In this document: in pieces, positions 1-8,299 of the stretch
Position numbering within the stretch: position 1 is the first letter of the stretch
Layout of the letters: every line of letters starts with the position of its first letter
Assembly (NCBI RefSeq): GCF_000146505.1
Contig: NC_017448.1
Location: 1,830,001 to 1,862,000 of the forward strand
Source: Fibrobacter succinogenes subsp. succinogenes S85
GTDB lineage: Bacteria; Fibrobacterota; Fibrobacteria; Fibrobacterales; Fibrobacteraceae
Length of the DNA: 32,000 bases
Direction: 5' to 3'
Notes under the pieces: model-generated
What the model was told of the DNA's origin: nothing
Seen by the model: the letters and a program-made list of their open reading frames with translations, nothing else
Database searches by the model: none
Program-made: the position numbers and the translations under genes

Positions 1-858
1 GGCACCGGCAAGGAATACGTCGCAAGGAGCATTCACGAGCTTTCGGAACGCAAAGATTCCCCGTTCGTAGCGCTAAACTGCGATGCCCTCACCGAGGGCG
101 CGAACTCTTTTGAAAGCGAACTTTTCGGCTTTGAACGCGGGGCTTTCACAGGCGCCACCAACCGCCACATCGGCAAGGCCGAACAAGCTAACGGCGGCAC
201 GCTCTTTCTAGACGAAGTCGCCGACTTGCCGCTCCCCGCGCAAATCAAGCTATTGCAATTTATTCAGGAACAAAGTTTCAAGCGCCTCGGCAGTAACATC
301 GAGCAGCGCTGCAACGTGCGCCTTATCGCAAGCACAGGCAAAAATCTCGAAGCCATGATGCAGCACGGCACGTTCCGCGAAGACCTTTACTACCGTCTAA
401 ACATTTTCCAGATTTCGCTCCCCGAGCTTATCCAGCGCAAGACGGACATTTTGCTTTTAGCAGACCATTTCATCGAAAAGATGAATTACAAATACGGCAA
501 GAAAATTTTGCGATTAAGCTCACCCGCCATTGACATGCTCATGAGCTACCACTGGCCCGGTAACGTGCGCGAACTTGAAAACTGCATTGAACACGCATGC
601 CTTGCCACAACCGATGTCTGCATCAACGCCTACGACTTGCCGCCCACGCTGCAAACAGACGTCACATCAGGAACGTCCGTGCTCCCCGAAGGGAATAGTC
701 CGCTATCTACGCTGATGGACAGCTACGAACGAGAAATTTTAAGCGAAGCGCTCCGCCGTCATGACGGCAACATGAGCGCCGCCGGGCGCGACCTTTCCGT
801 GAGTCCGCGCATGATGCTATACAAAATAAGGCGGCTAGGAATAGCCGCCTCGAATTAG
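1..858 (+). CDS. sigma-54-dependent (NtrC/Fis-family) transcriptional activator, 5'-truncated by the window edge
   Basis: Frame 1 is open from base 1 ([13 protein letters not shown]...). It has the ERGAFTGA sigma-54 contact loop, GGTLFLDEV Walker B, and a C-terminal Fis-type HTH ([24 protein letters not shown]). The tracked ORF 226..858 is only the part after an internal Met. Confidence 0.9.
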   Translation, partial: GTGKEYVARSIHELSERKDSPFVALNCDALTEGANSFESELFGFERGAFTGATNRHIGKAEQANGGTLFLDEVADLPLPAQIKLLQFIQEQSFKRLGSNIEQRCNVRLIASTGKNLEAMMQHGTFREDLYYRLNIFQISLPELIQRKTDILLLADHFIEKMNYKYGKKILRLSSPAIDMLMSYHWPGNVRELENCIEHACLATTDVCINAYDLPPTLQTDVTSGTSVLPEGNSPLSTLMDSYEREILSEALRRHDGNMSAAGRDLSVSPRMMLYKIRRLGIAASN

Positions 859-860
859 CC

Positions 861-883
861 CCTCGATCAGGTCGAGGATGACA
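861..883 (-). repeat. REP-like GC-rich hairpin unit (TGTCATYCC family), copy 1
   Basis: The reverse complement reads tgtcatcctcgacctgatcgagg. The stem is cctcga/tcgagg (861-866 / 872-877). It lies head-to-head with copy 2 through atgac-aaaaa-gtcat. Confidence 0.6.
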
Positions 884-910
884 AAAAGTCATTCCCGCGT
901 AAGCGGGAAT
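883..910 (-). terminator. probable rho-independent terminator of the minus-strand lipoprotein gene
   Basis: On the minus strand the 8-bp GC-rich hairpin (891-910) is followed by gacTTTTT. It lies 18 nt downstream of the stop at 928. Confidence 0.5.
887..910 (+). repeat. REP-like GC-rich hairpin unit (TGTCATYCC family), copy 2
   Basis: agtcattcccgcgtaagcgggaat: an 8-bp stem attcccgc/gcgggaat with a gtaa tetraloop. Confidence 0.6.
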
Positions 911-927
911 CCATTATTTCTCGTTAC

Positions 928-2013
928 TTATCTCACGATTGTGACACTGTAGACCGGGAGCATATCCTTCGGAGCTTCAATCTTATTCAGCTTGCCATCT
1001 TCGTATGCATAAAGCGCAGCCTTGGAGCCACGATCACCGATGTAGAGCACACCAGTAGCTTCATCATAAGCAAGACTTTCAACGTCATCCACGCCAGAAA
1101 TCTTTTTCACAGACTTTTCAGCAAGATCAACTTCAGCAAGAGACACACTACCCCACTGTTCAATCACAGGAGCATAGGCAATGCCATCTGCAAGAACGAT
1201 CGTATTCCAGACGCCGCCACCCAACTTCTTGCCATCAACAACCATCGAGGAACTCTTCTTAGCAAAGTCAACAACTTCAATACCACGAGTATCATCGGCA
1301 TCCATATGATAGGTTTCAAGATTCCATTCACCAGCGGTTGCCACATAAAGCTTACCCTTGGTAAAGCCCATTGCCATCGGATTTTTCTTCGCAAGTCTAA
1401 TTGTATCCAGCAAATCGCCATTATCAAGCTTATACATAGCAAGGAGAGCCGGAACCTTAAAATTATAATTTTCAGAACGGCCAAAGAGTGCGAACAAGGT
1501 ATCGCCACTCACTTCAAGATCCACAAGATTCGGGGACAAAGCTTCGCCCTGGCAGAACTTATCCGTATTAATAGTCTTGGTAATTTCTCCATTCTTTACG
1601 GATACCTTTACAATTTTAGCGACATTTTCATACGAGACCCAAACTTCATCTTTATTGGCCTTTACAAGGTCGCTCGGGTTGGCTTCTTTATCCAATTTTT
1701 TTTGCCATTTTGCCTTATTTTCAGAAACATCAACAAGCGTAAGGTTGTCCTTACCCTTTCTTTCAAGGACGAAAAGATTACCATCAAGGCCAATTATCTT
1801 GGTATCTTGATAGAATTCAAGAGACGTTCCGGACAATTTGTCGTCATCCACTCCATAGAGTTCGCCAACGTCACCCGCATATGCATCAGACGCAAATGCA
1901 TAAACAGAACCCGGCTTAAGCGGTTCATCATCAGCAGAAGTGGAGTTGTCCGAGCAAGCCGTCATGTAGAGGGCAAGGGACGATGCCGTTGCAAGCATGA
2001 GGAATTTTTTCAT
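928..2013 (-). CDS. lipoprotein, predicted beta-propeller (YVTN/YncE-like); candidate B12-capture protein (BtuG-like role)
   Basis: ATG is preceded by AAGGAA. Signal peptide plus lipobox MKKFLMLATASSLALYMTAC. There are 6-7 recurring blade-like segments (GELYGVDDD, GNLFVLER, DEVWVSYE, GDTLFALF, GKLYVATAG, GIAYAPV, GVLYIGDRG). It sits directly downstream of the riboswitch-controlled receptor. Confidence 0.85.
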   Translation of the reverse strand: MKKFLMLATASSLALYMTACSDNSTSADDEPLKPGSVYAFASDAYAGDVGELYGVDDDKLSGTSLEFYQDTKIIGLDGNLFVLERKGKDNLTLVDVSENKAKWQKKLDKEANPSDLVKANKDEVWVSYENVAKIVKVSVKNGEITKTINTDKFCQGEALSPNLVDLEVSGDTLFALFGRSENYNFKVPALLAMYKLDNGDLLDTIRLAKKNPMAMGFTKGKLYVATAGEWNLETYHMDADDTRGIEVVDFAKKSSSMVVDGKKLGGGVWNTIVLADGIAYAPVIEQWGSVSLAEVDLAEKSVKKISGVDDVESLAYDEATGVLYIGDRGSKAALYAYEDGKLNKIEAPKDMLPVYSVTIVR

Positions 2014-2084
2014 AGTGGTTCCTTTTTATGTTTTTCGCAGACGATGTGAATTACAGATTTTGCAAGTCCCATTCTGCGCGGGGT

Positions 2085-4178
2085 TTAGAACCCCTGTGTT
2101 AATGTTAATTTGTACTCTCGCCCCGGTGTCGGGAATGATATATAGGGATTTCTATAAGTTTCATCCGTCAAGTTCCTGAGCGCAAAAACAAGTCGAGTTT
2201 TCGTAAAAGGTGTATAGCCCAAAGCAAAGTGGTGTAAATCTACAGCAGGCTGTTTTATGCGATTTGCACGGTCATCAAAGATGTCGGTACGATATTCCGA
2301 AGTCCATGTCAAATCAAGATGGAACGGCAAATCAAATCGAGCCTCCGCATAATACGAACGCGCAGGTTCATTCGGGAGTTGTTTGCCATAGTAATACTTT
2401 TCATCGCTACGATCTTCAGCATCTTGGAATGTCGCACGTAAAACCACGGAAAGCCATTTTTTCGGCCTACTTTCGAGTTCCGCTTCAAGCCCACGAATAT
2501 GCGCTTCTCCAACATTCTTCGGTTTTGAAATACCTGCACTCACCAACCAATAAATTCCATTATCCAAATCGGTTTCAAAATACGTTGCGCGAATTGCGGT
2601 ATTGCTTTTGGGAATCATATAATAGCCACCGACTTCAAAACGCAACGCCGATTCATCCTTCAAATCAGGATTTGAGAGCATTCCTGGATAAACACCATAA
2701 AGCTCCATCAATTGTGGCGTACGAACAAATCGTCCAAAACTCAAGTTGCCACCGAACCGAGAATTCGGTGCATCATAGCGCACAAAGCCTCGTCCAGACC
2801 ACGAAACATTACGGTCTTTCGCTGTTTTCAGCACAACTGATGTCGTAGGCTGAACAAATTTTCCACCATGAATATCATCCTTGACAATTAACGCCGAAGC
2901 TTCACCGCCTACAGAAAGGTTTCGAACAACATCATAAGAAACATCACCAGAGATATTCGTCGCAACACGCATCAAGTTCCATTTACTCGACGACGTCCCC
3001 CGCTTTTCATAATAGGACGCATCCAAGGATAAACGCAAATTCGCTTCTAGCCGTTCTCCCAAACAACTGGCAACGATTTCAGGGGCGAGGCTATAACCCG
3101 CAGCACCATATTCCTGCATTCCAGACATCGTATAGCCCAGATGATCCAATGGATAATACGAATGCGAAGTCGCCTTTTCATACTTTCCCGTCAGCGAAAG
3201 TTCCAACCAAAGCCAACCGAGCAACTGCGGAAGTTCTGCACGATACGTCGTCTGTACAAACTCGCCCTTGTAGCCCGCCACAGACGTTTGGTCGTCATCG
3301 CGTCCTGGGTTACCGCCTTCAGAACGGCTAAAGTTAAAATTCAAAGTCGAAAACACACCATTCGCATGCAAGACGCGAACTTTGGCAAGCCCAGAATATT
3401 CCGTAAATTCAGCGTTCCTGCGCGTATCCGTAAAATCGTCATCGGGATTGTACGGCGTTCCGTTCTGGCTATCAAATTCGTAATCGTTATCGCTATGCCG
3501 CGCCGACAAAGACGCACTCACCGAGGCGCTATCCGTCAAGCGGGAGAGCTACTGCGTCGAAGCCTCCCACGTGTTGTGGCTGCCGTAACTTAAAAGCACG
3601 CGTCCCGACTTTTTCTCTTCAGGCTTGAGGGCTACTTCGGCAGGTTTCGAACCTTTCGTGATAAAGTTGATGGCACCGCCAATACCGCGACCGCCAAACT
3701 TTGCCGGCACACGGTCCTTATAGACTTCAATCTTTTCAATCTGATTCAAGTCAATCGTTCCAAAATCAACCGCACCGCCCGACGCATCATTCAGCGGAAT
3801 GCCATCCATGCAAACGACAATGTTCTTTGCCGAGACTCCGCGGATGCTCACGGTCTGGAAACTACCGACACCGCCTTGGCGCGTGTACTGCACGCCCGGC
3901 AAAGACGCCAAGACTTCAGCCGCCGAAAGCGAACGACCTTCCCACGCTTCGGGTAAAACTTCAGCATAGCTCGAAGACGCCTGCAAAGGCTTTTCAACAC
4001 TCGTCGTCTCGTAAACGGAGGACTCGCCTAAATCTTGGATAAACTCCTCGGAAAAACTAGAAACGCTCGCAAGCAGTACGGCCGCGCACACGCGAACGCC
4101 CAAGAGACTGCCAGAACGACTGCACGCAGTCAAACACCCACGCAAACGCGTGGCTATGCAAAGCGATGTCTTTCGCAC
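2085..4178 (-). pseudogene. btuB: TonB-dependent outer-membrane receptor (BtuB-like) interrupted by one in-frame TAG at 3549..3551
   Basis: The 209-aa plug fragment (SVSIRGVSAKNIVVCMDGIPLND, FITKG) and the 484-aa barrel fragment (ends ...REYKLTLTQGF, a terminal aromatic) are in the same frame (4178-3539 = 639 = 3x213). The junction reads SHNTWEASTQ-TAG-LSRLTDSASV. A cobalamin riboswitch lies upstream. The start is uncertain (GTG at 4178). Confidence 0.8.
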
Positions 4179-4211
4179 CGTTTAACAACCCGTGGCGCAA
4201 AGCGCCCGTTG

Positions 4212-4396
4212 TGCCTTACAGTTCTTCTGACTCGGGGATCACTCTACTTCCAGCCCCTTCACACCCGCCTTGCGGCAAGCATTGGTTTATGCTGGTTTCG
4301 TCCTCCCTTACAGCGGCGAGACCGTTCCCGGCTTTCACGGGATTCTCTTATATCGCATCGTTGGTGATACGATACAGCGTTTTACCGCATAAGGCA
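4212..4396 (-). promoter_or_regulatory. cobalamin (B12) riboswitch aptamer in the btuB-like leader
   Basis: The minus-strand RNA contains AAGAGAATCCCGTGAAAGCCGGGAACGGTCTCGCCGCTGTAAGGGAGGACG, matching the conserved core (GGGAA..GGTGAAA..CCGC.ACTGTAA). It also has a B12-box-like GAGTCAGAAGAACTGTAAGG. A closing P1 helix pairs tgcctta (4396-4390) with taaggca (4218-4212). Confidence 0.8.
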
Positions 4397-4406
4397 TTAC
4401 CTATGT

Positions 4407-4436
4407 AAAAATATAGTAAACATATGGGAATTTCAA
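4407..4436 (-). promoter_or_regulatory. candidate sigma-70-type promoter for the riboswitch/btuB transcript
   Basis: The minus strand reads TTGAAA (4436-4431), a 15-17 nt spacer, then cTATATTTT. The predicted start falls just before the riboswitch P1 helix. Confidence 0.4.
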
Positions 4437-4455
4437 CCCCTCCCGCCTAATTTTG

Positions 4456-5418
4456 TCACTTCCGAGGTTTCCATTCCGCAAGGACCATGCCCGCAACAAT
4501 GGCAACAGCCCCCGCAATCGCGACCGACGTGATGCGTTCCCCAAGAGCAATCACCGCTGTAATAATCGTCACCAGCGGAATTGCGTATATATAATTGCTA
4601 GCCAAAACCGTTCCGAGTTGTTTCAACACCTTATTCCAGATGAGGTACCCAAACATCGACGAAAACACCGTAAGGCAAAGGAAGTTGAGCGACACAACCG
4701 GCTCCGCAAAGTTCTGCCACGGGACTCCGAGGAACCGCCCCGCCCCCGCCTCGTTTGGAGCAATCGCGGTTTCTCCAAGCATAATGATTATTGACGAAAG
4801 CGCTCCATAGAAAAACATCTTACGCGTTATAAACAACGTAGAGTATTTATAATTGAGCGGCCGTACAATCAAGGAATAAATAGCCCACATACACGACGAG
4901 CCAAACGCAAGCAAGTCGCCCACCGGCGAAAGCTTTAGAATAAACTTTTCATTCAGCACCACAAGCACCATGCCGATAAACGTAATCACACACCCGAAAA
5001 TCTGCCGTTTGACTAGACGCTCACTCTTATAGATGAGGCCGCCAAAAATCATAATCAATAGCGGATTCGTGCAGACAATCAACGAGACATTGCTCGACGG
5101 CGAAATCGAAAGCGCCGTATTTTCCGCCCAAAAGTAAAGCGTGCAACCCGTGAGCCCACACAAGCACAAAATCAGTTCGTGTTTCCAGTTTTCGCAACGG
5201 AATTGTTTATGAGTCATCGCTAGCAGCAACAAGTACGTCACCGTAAAACGCAACGTGAAAATCTGCACCGCCGAGAAGCCGTGATTCAAGAGCACCTTCG
5301 TGCTCACAAAACTCGTGCCCCAAAACGCAATCGTCCCAATCGCAAGGACATGCCAAAGCGCAAGACCGCGCGAAGCGTTTGCAGAAGATTCAAAATCTTT
5401 AATCGGAGCCGGTTTCAT
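4456..5418 (-). CDS. EamA/DMT-family permease (10 predicted TM segments)
   Basis: Hydrophobic two-fold EamA-like architecture (WGTSFVSTKVLL..., second half ...YIYAIPLVTIITAVIALGE). I prefer the ATG at 5418 over the TTG at 5427 used by the track. Confidence 0.8.
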   Translation of the reverse strand: MKPAPIKDFESSANASRGLALWHVLAIGTIAFWGTSFVSTKVLLNHGFSAVQIFTLRFTVTYLLLLAMTHKQFRCENWKHELILCLCGLTGCTLYFWAENTALSISPSSNVSLIVCTNPLLIMIFGGLIYKSERLVKRQIFGCVITFIGMVLVVLNEKFILKLSPVGDLLAFGSSCMWAIYSLIVRPLNYKYSTLFITRKMFFYGALSSIIIMLGETAIAPNEAGAGRFLGVPWQNFAEPVVSLNFLCLTVFSSMFGYLIWNKVLKQLGTVLASNYIYAIPLVTIITAVIALGERITSVAIAGAVAIVAGMVLAEWKPRK

Positions 5419-5449
5419 CAACCGCAAAGATAGTTTTTTTCTAAAGCCG

Positions 5450-6604
5450 TCAATCTATAACGGTTGGTTCCCCATATCGCACAGGTTCCACACGATTTAC
5501 ATCTTTATTCGATAAAAGACAATCAATCGTTTCTCTCGTAGCTGTGCTAAGAATGACTGATCGATCCAATGCGGCATCCTCGCCTTTGCAAGTTTTCACA
5601 ATTTCTTTGCAAGCATCCATTGGGACATCTTCCCAGCAGCCGACAACAATTTCAAAAGACACATCTTCAAAAACCCAATGCGCCCCCGTGTAATCAAATT
5701 CCAGCTTTGTCGTATCATCAACACTGAACGTGTTATAAAACCCTACAATCAAGGAATCCATGGTGGCCTTTTGAATATCGCGAGCCCCCTTCATAAAGCA
5801 AATGCCCATGTCCAAACTTTCGGTATGGAGAGCAGAACAGCTTAGCGTTTCTACTCCGAAAGCTTCAAGAGATGCTCTTGCTTCTTTGTTCAACGAATAA
5901 TCCGTAATAAGCCAAAAACGCCCTGCGGCTTGCGTCATAAGGGAATCATCGCCAAATCTTTTGACCACCGTTTTCTGATCTCGGGATTCCCAGACAATGC
6001 CTTCCGCCACCGTTTCATCCGCATCAAATGAGTTGTAGAATTCGTTAATCCGTGAATCGATAGCACTCTTCTGGACATCTTTTTCCGCCTTCATAAGGCA
6101 AAGACACATGTACCCCAAATCATCTCGGGAGGGACCATTATAGTCATACAGATAATACCGATAGCCTTCATAGCAACGTTGTCTGTAAATTCCAATATTT
6201 TCAAGGGATTCTGTTTCTTTTTGGTTTAGGGGATCCCTCATCACAAGCCAAAAACGCCCCGCGGTCTGAGTTTTAACAGAATCGATGTCAGACTTTTGGA
6301 CAGCTGTTTTCTTGTCACCATTTCGAAAAACAATTCCTTCAAAACGAGATACCGAAGAAGATGAAACCGCAGTACTAGACGTAGCCTCAACCTCGCTACT
6401 TGAAGAAATCAAGTTTTCAGACGACAACGCATCACCCGAAGAAACCACACTGTTCCCAGACATTTCGCTAGACGATTCGTTAAACGTTTCACTGCTAGAG
6501 AAAATCGCAACAAAAGCATCATTTATCGCAGCGGATTCGTCACTACATGCGACAAGACAAAGTGCCAAAACACTTGAGCAAAAAATATTTCTCGAAAAGC
6601 GCAT
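5450..6604 (-). CDS. lipoprotein with a Ser-rich linker and two tandem copies of an unassigned ~100-aa domain
   Basis: MRFSRNIFCSSVLALCLVAC lipobox at the ATG at 6604; the track start at 6664 adds 20 unlikely residues. The internal repeat is EGIVFRNGDKKTAVQK..TAGRFWLVMRD.. versus EGIVWESRDQKTVVKR..AAGRFWLITDY... Confidence 0.75.
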   Translation of the reverse strand: MRFSRNIFCSSVLALCLVACSDESAAINDAFVAIFSSSETFNESSSEMSGNSVVSSGDALSSENLISSSSEVEATSSTAVSSSSVSRFEGIVFRNGDKKTAVQKSDIDSVKTQTAGRFWLVMRDPLNQKETESLENIGIYRQRCYEGYRYYLYDYNGPSRDDLGYMCLCLMKAEKDVQKSAIDSRINEFYNSFDADETVAEGIVWESRDQKTVVKRFGDDSLMTQAAGRFWLITDYSLNKEARASLEAFGVETLSCSALHTESLDMGICFMKGARDIQKATMDSLIVGFYNTFSVDDTTKLEFDYTGAHWVFEDVSFEIVVGCWEDVPMDACKEIVKTCKGEDAALDRSVILSTATRETIDCLLSNKDVNRVEPVRYGEPTVID

Positions 6605-6804
6605 TTTTCTCTCTTTCTTTGTTCTTAATTTACAAAAAAAATGCGAAACACGACATCTTTCCATATAATAAACAGTATTAGAAACAAAAGAAGCTGTTCA
6701 AAATACATTTCACAGTTATAACGTTTTCCTATTACTATCTATAACTTTTACCTAATTTTACCAATACTTTCTGTTTTTCCGCCATTTTTGGAAATCTTTT
6801 TACT

Positions 6805-6833
6805 AGACTACGCTATAGAATCTAACTATATTA
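6805..6833 (+). promoter_or_regulatory. candidate promoter of metY
   Basis: A -35-like TAGACT/AGACTA, ~17 nt of spacer, then cTATATT (6826-6832), 35 nt upstream of the ATG. Found by hand scan only. Confidence 0.35.
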
Positions 6834-6867
6834 CACAACATAAAAATTTTATAAAGGATTCTAAAAA

Positions 6868-8145
6868 ATGTCCAAAATCGAAACTCTTTGCATTCAGGGC
6901 GGTTGGCAGCCGAAAAATGGCGAACCGCGCGTTCTCCCCATCTACCAGAGCACCACGTTCAAGTACGAAACGACCAATGACATGGCCGACTTGTTCGACC
7001 TGAAGGCATCCGGCTACTTCTACACCCGTCTGCAGAACCCGACGAACGACGCCGTCGCCAACAAGATCGCCGCTCTCGAAGGTGGTGTGGCTGCTATGCT
7101 CACGAGTTCCGGTCAGGCTGCAAACTTCTACGCCGTTTTCAACATTTGCGAATCCGGCGACCACTTCATCAGCACTTCCGCTATTTACGGCGGTACGAGC
7201 AACCTCTTCTCTGTGACCATGAAGAAGCTCGGCATCGAATGCACGTTCGTTGACCAGGACGCTTCCGACGAAGAAATCGAAAAGGCTTTCCGCCCGAACA
7301 CCAAGTGCGTCTTCGGCGAAACCGTCGCAAACCCGGCAGGCAAGGTCTTGGACCTCAAGCGCTTTGCTGATCTCGCCCACAAGCACGGCGTTCCGATGAT
7401 CGTCGACAACACCTTCCCGACTCCGATTCTCTGCCGTCCGATCGAATTCGGCGTTGACATCGTGACCCACTCCACGACCAAGTACATGGATGGCCACGCC
7501 ATGGCAGTCGGTGGCTGCATTGTCGATAGCGGCAACTTTGACTGGGAAGCAAACCATGACCGTTTCAAGGGCCTCACCGAACCGGATCCGAGCTACCACG
7601 GTCTCGCCTATACGAAGGCTTTCGGCAAGGGCGCTTACATCACGAAGGCAACCGCACAGCTCATGCGCGACTTCGGTTCTATCCAGTCTCCGCAGAACGC
7701 ATTCCTCCTGAACGTCGGTCTCGAAACGTTGCACCTCCGCATGCCGCGTCACTGTGAAAACGCTCTCGCCTGCGCCAAGTTCCTCAAGAACCACCCGAAG
7801 GTCGCTTGGGTTAACTACGCTGGCCTCGAAGGCGACAAGTACTATGAACTTGCCCAGAAGCAGTTCAAGGGCGGCCTCCCGTGCGGCGTTCTCACGTTCG
7901 GTATCAAGGGCGGTCGTGAAAAGTCCATCCAGTTCATGGATAGCCTCAAGATGATCTGCATCGTGACCCACGTGGCCGACGCCCGTAGCTGCGTGCTGCA
8001 CCCGGCAAGCCATACGCACCGTCAGCTCACCGACGAACAGCTCATCGAAGCAGGCGTTGCACCGGACCTCATCCGCTTCAGCGTCGGTATCGAAAATGTC
8101 GAAGACATTATCGCCGACCTCACGCAGGCTCTCGAAAAAGTGTAA
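6868..8145 (+). CDS. metY: O-acetylhomoserine sulfhydrylase / aminocarboxypropyltransferase (PLP-dependent, Cys/Met metabolism family)
   Basis: 425 aa. Has YTRLQNPTNDAV, LEGGVAAMLTSSGQAA, and the PLP-lysine motif HSTTKYMDGH. Length and N-terminus are typical of MetY. Confidence 0.85.
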   Translation: MSKIETLCIQGGWQPKNGEPRVLPIYQSTTFKYETTNDMADLFDLKASGYFYTRLQNPTNDAVANKIAALEGGVAAMLTSSGQAANFYAVFNICESGDHFISTSAIYGGTSNLFSVTMKKLGIECTFVDQDASDEEIEKAFRPNTKCVFGETVANPAGKVLDLKRFADLAHKHGVPMIVDNTFPTPILCRPIEFGVDIVTHSTTKYMDGHAMAVGGCIVDSGNFDWEANHDRFKGLTEPDPSYHGLAYTKAFGKGAYITKATAQLMRDFGSIQSPQNAFLLNVGLETLHLRMPRHCENALACAKFLKNHPKVAWVNYAGLEGDKYYELAQKQFKGGLPCGVLTFGIKGGREKSIQFMDSLKMICIVTHVADARSCVLHPASHTHRQLTDEQLIEAGVAPDLIRFSVGIENVEDIIADLTQALEKV

Positions 8146-8186
8146 TTTGCAACTGAGAAATCTGCGATTTCACAACTAAATTCTGC

Positions 8187-8218
8187 ACGGCACCGCAAAA
8201 ACGGTGCCGTATTTTTTT
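8187..8218 (+). terminator. rho-independent terminator of metY
   Basis: acggcaccg-caaaaa-cggtgccgt, a 9-bp stem followed by aTTTTTTT. Confidence 0.85.
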
Positions 8219-8241
8219 GACATTTAGTCACCATTTTCATA

Positions 8242-8270
8242 TAGCCACGTCCCGCATATATGCCTATATT
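8242..8270 (+). promoter_or_regulatory. candidate promoter of the BASS transporter gene
   Basis: TAGCCA, 17 nt, then TATATT (within cctatattta), 28 nt upstream of the ATG. A GAAGGA SD precedes the ATG. Confidence 0.35.
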
Positions 8271-8299
8271 TAGGGCACCTCAAAAAGAAGGATATAACA

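Noticed and set aside
1306-2049. 247-aa plus-strand ORF
   Set aside because: It is antisense to the lipoprotein gene at 928-2013. It has Ile/Phe/Lys-rich nonsense-like composition and no start context.
3549-3551. The in-frame TAG as programmed pyrrolysine or other recoding
   Set aside because: No pyl genes or downstream recoding structure are visible, and the phylogenetic context makes this unlikely. A nonsense mutation or a sequencing error is the simpler explanation.
6665-6867. A SAM riboswitch or T-box leader upstream of metY, and a His attenuator upstream of hisE (23219-23294)
   Set aside because: The regions are AT-rich with no conserved S-box or T-box core strings, no long anti-terminator or terminator helices, and no His-codon run.
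6826-8019. 397-aa ORF on the minus strand
   Set aside because: It is entirely antisense to the well-supported metY CDS. Its Arg/Ala/Val/Gly-rich, low-complexity composition is typical of shadow ORFs opposite GC-rich genes, and it has no recognisable motifs.
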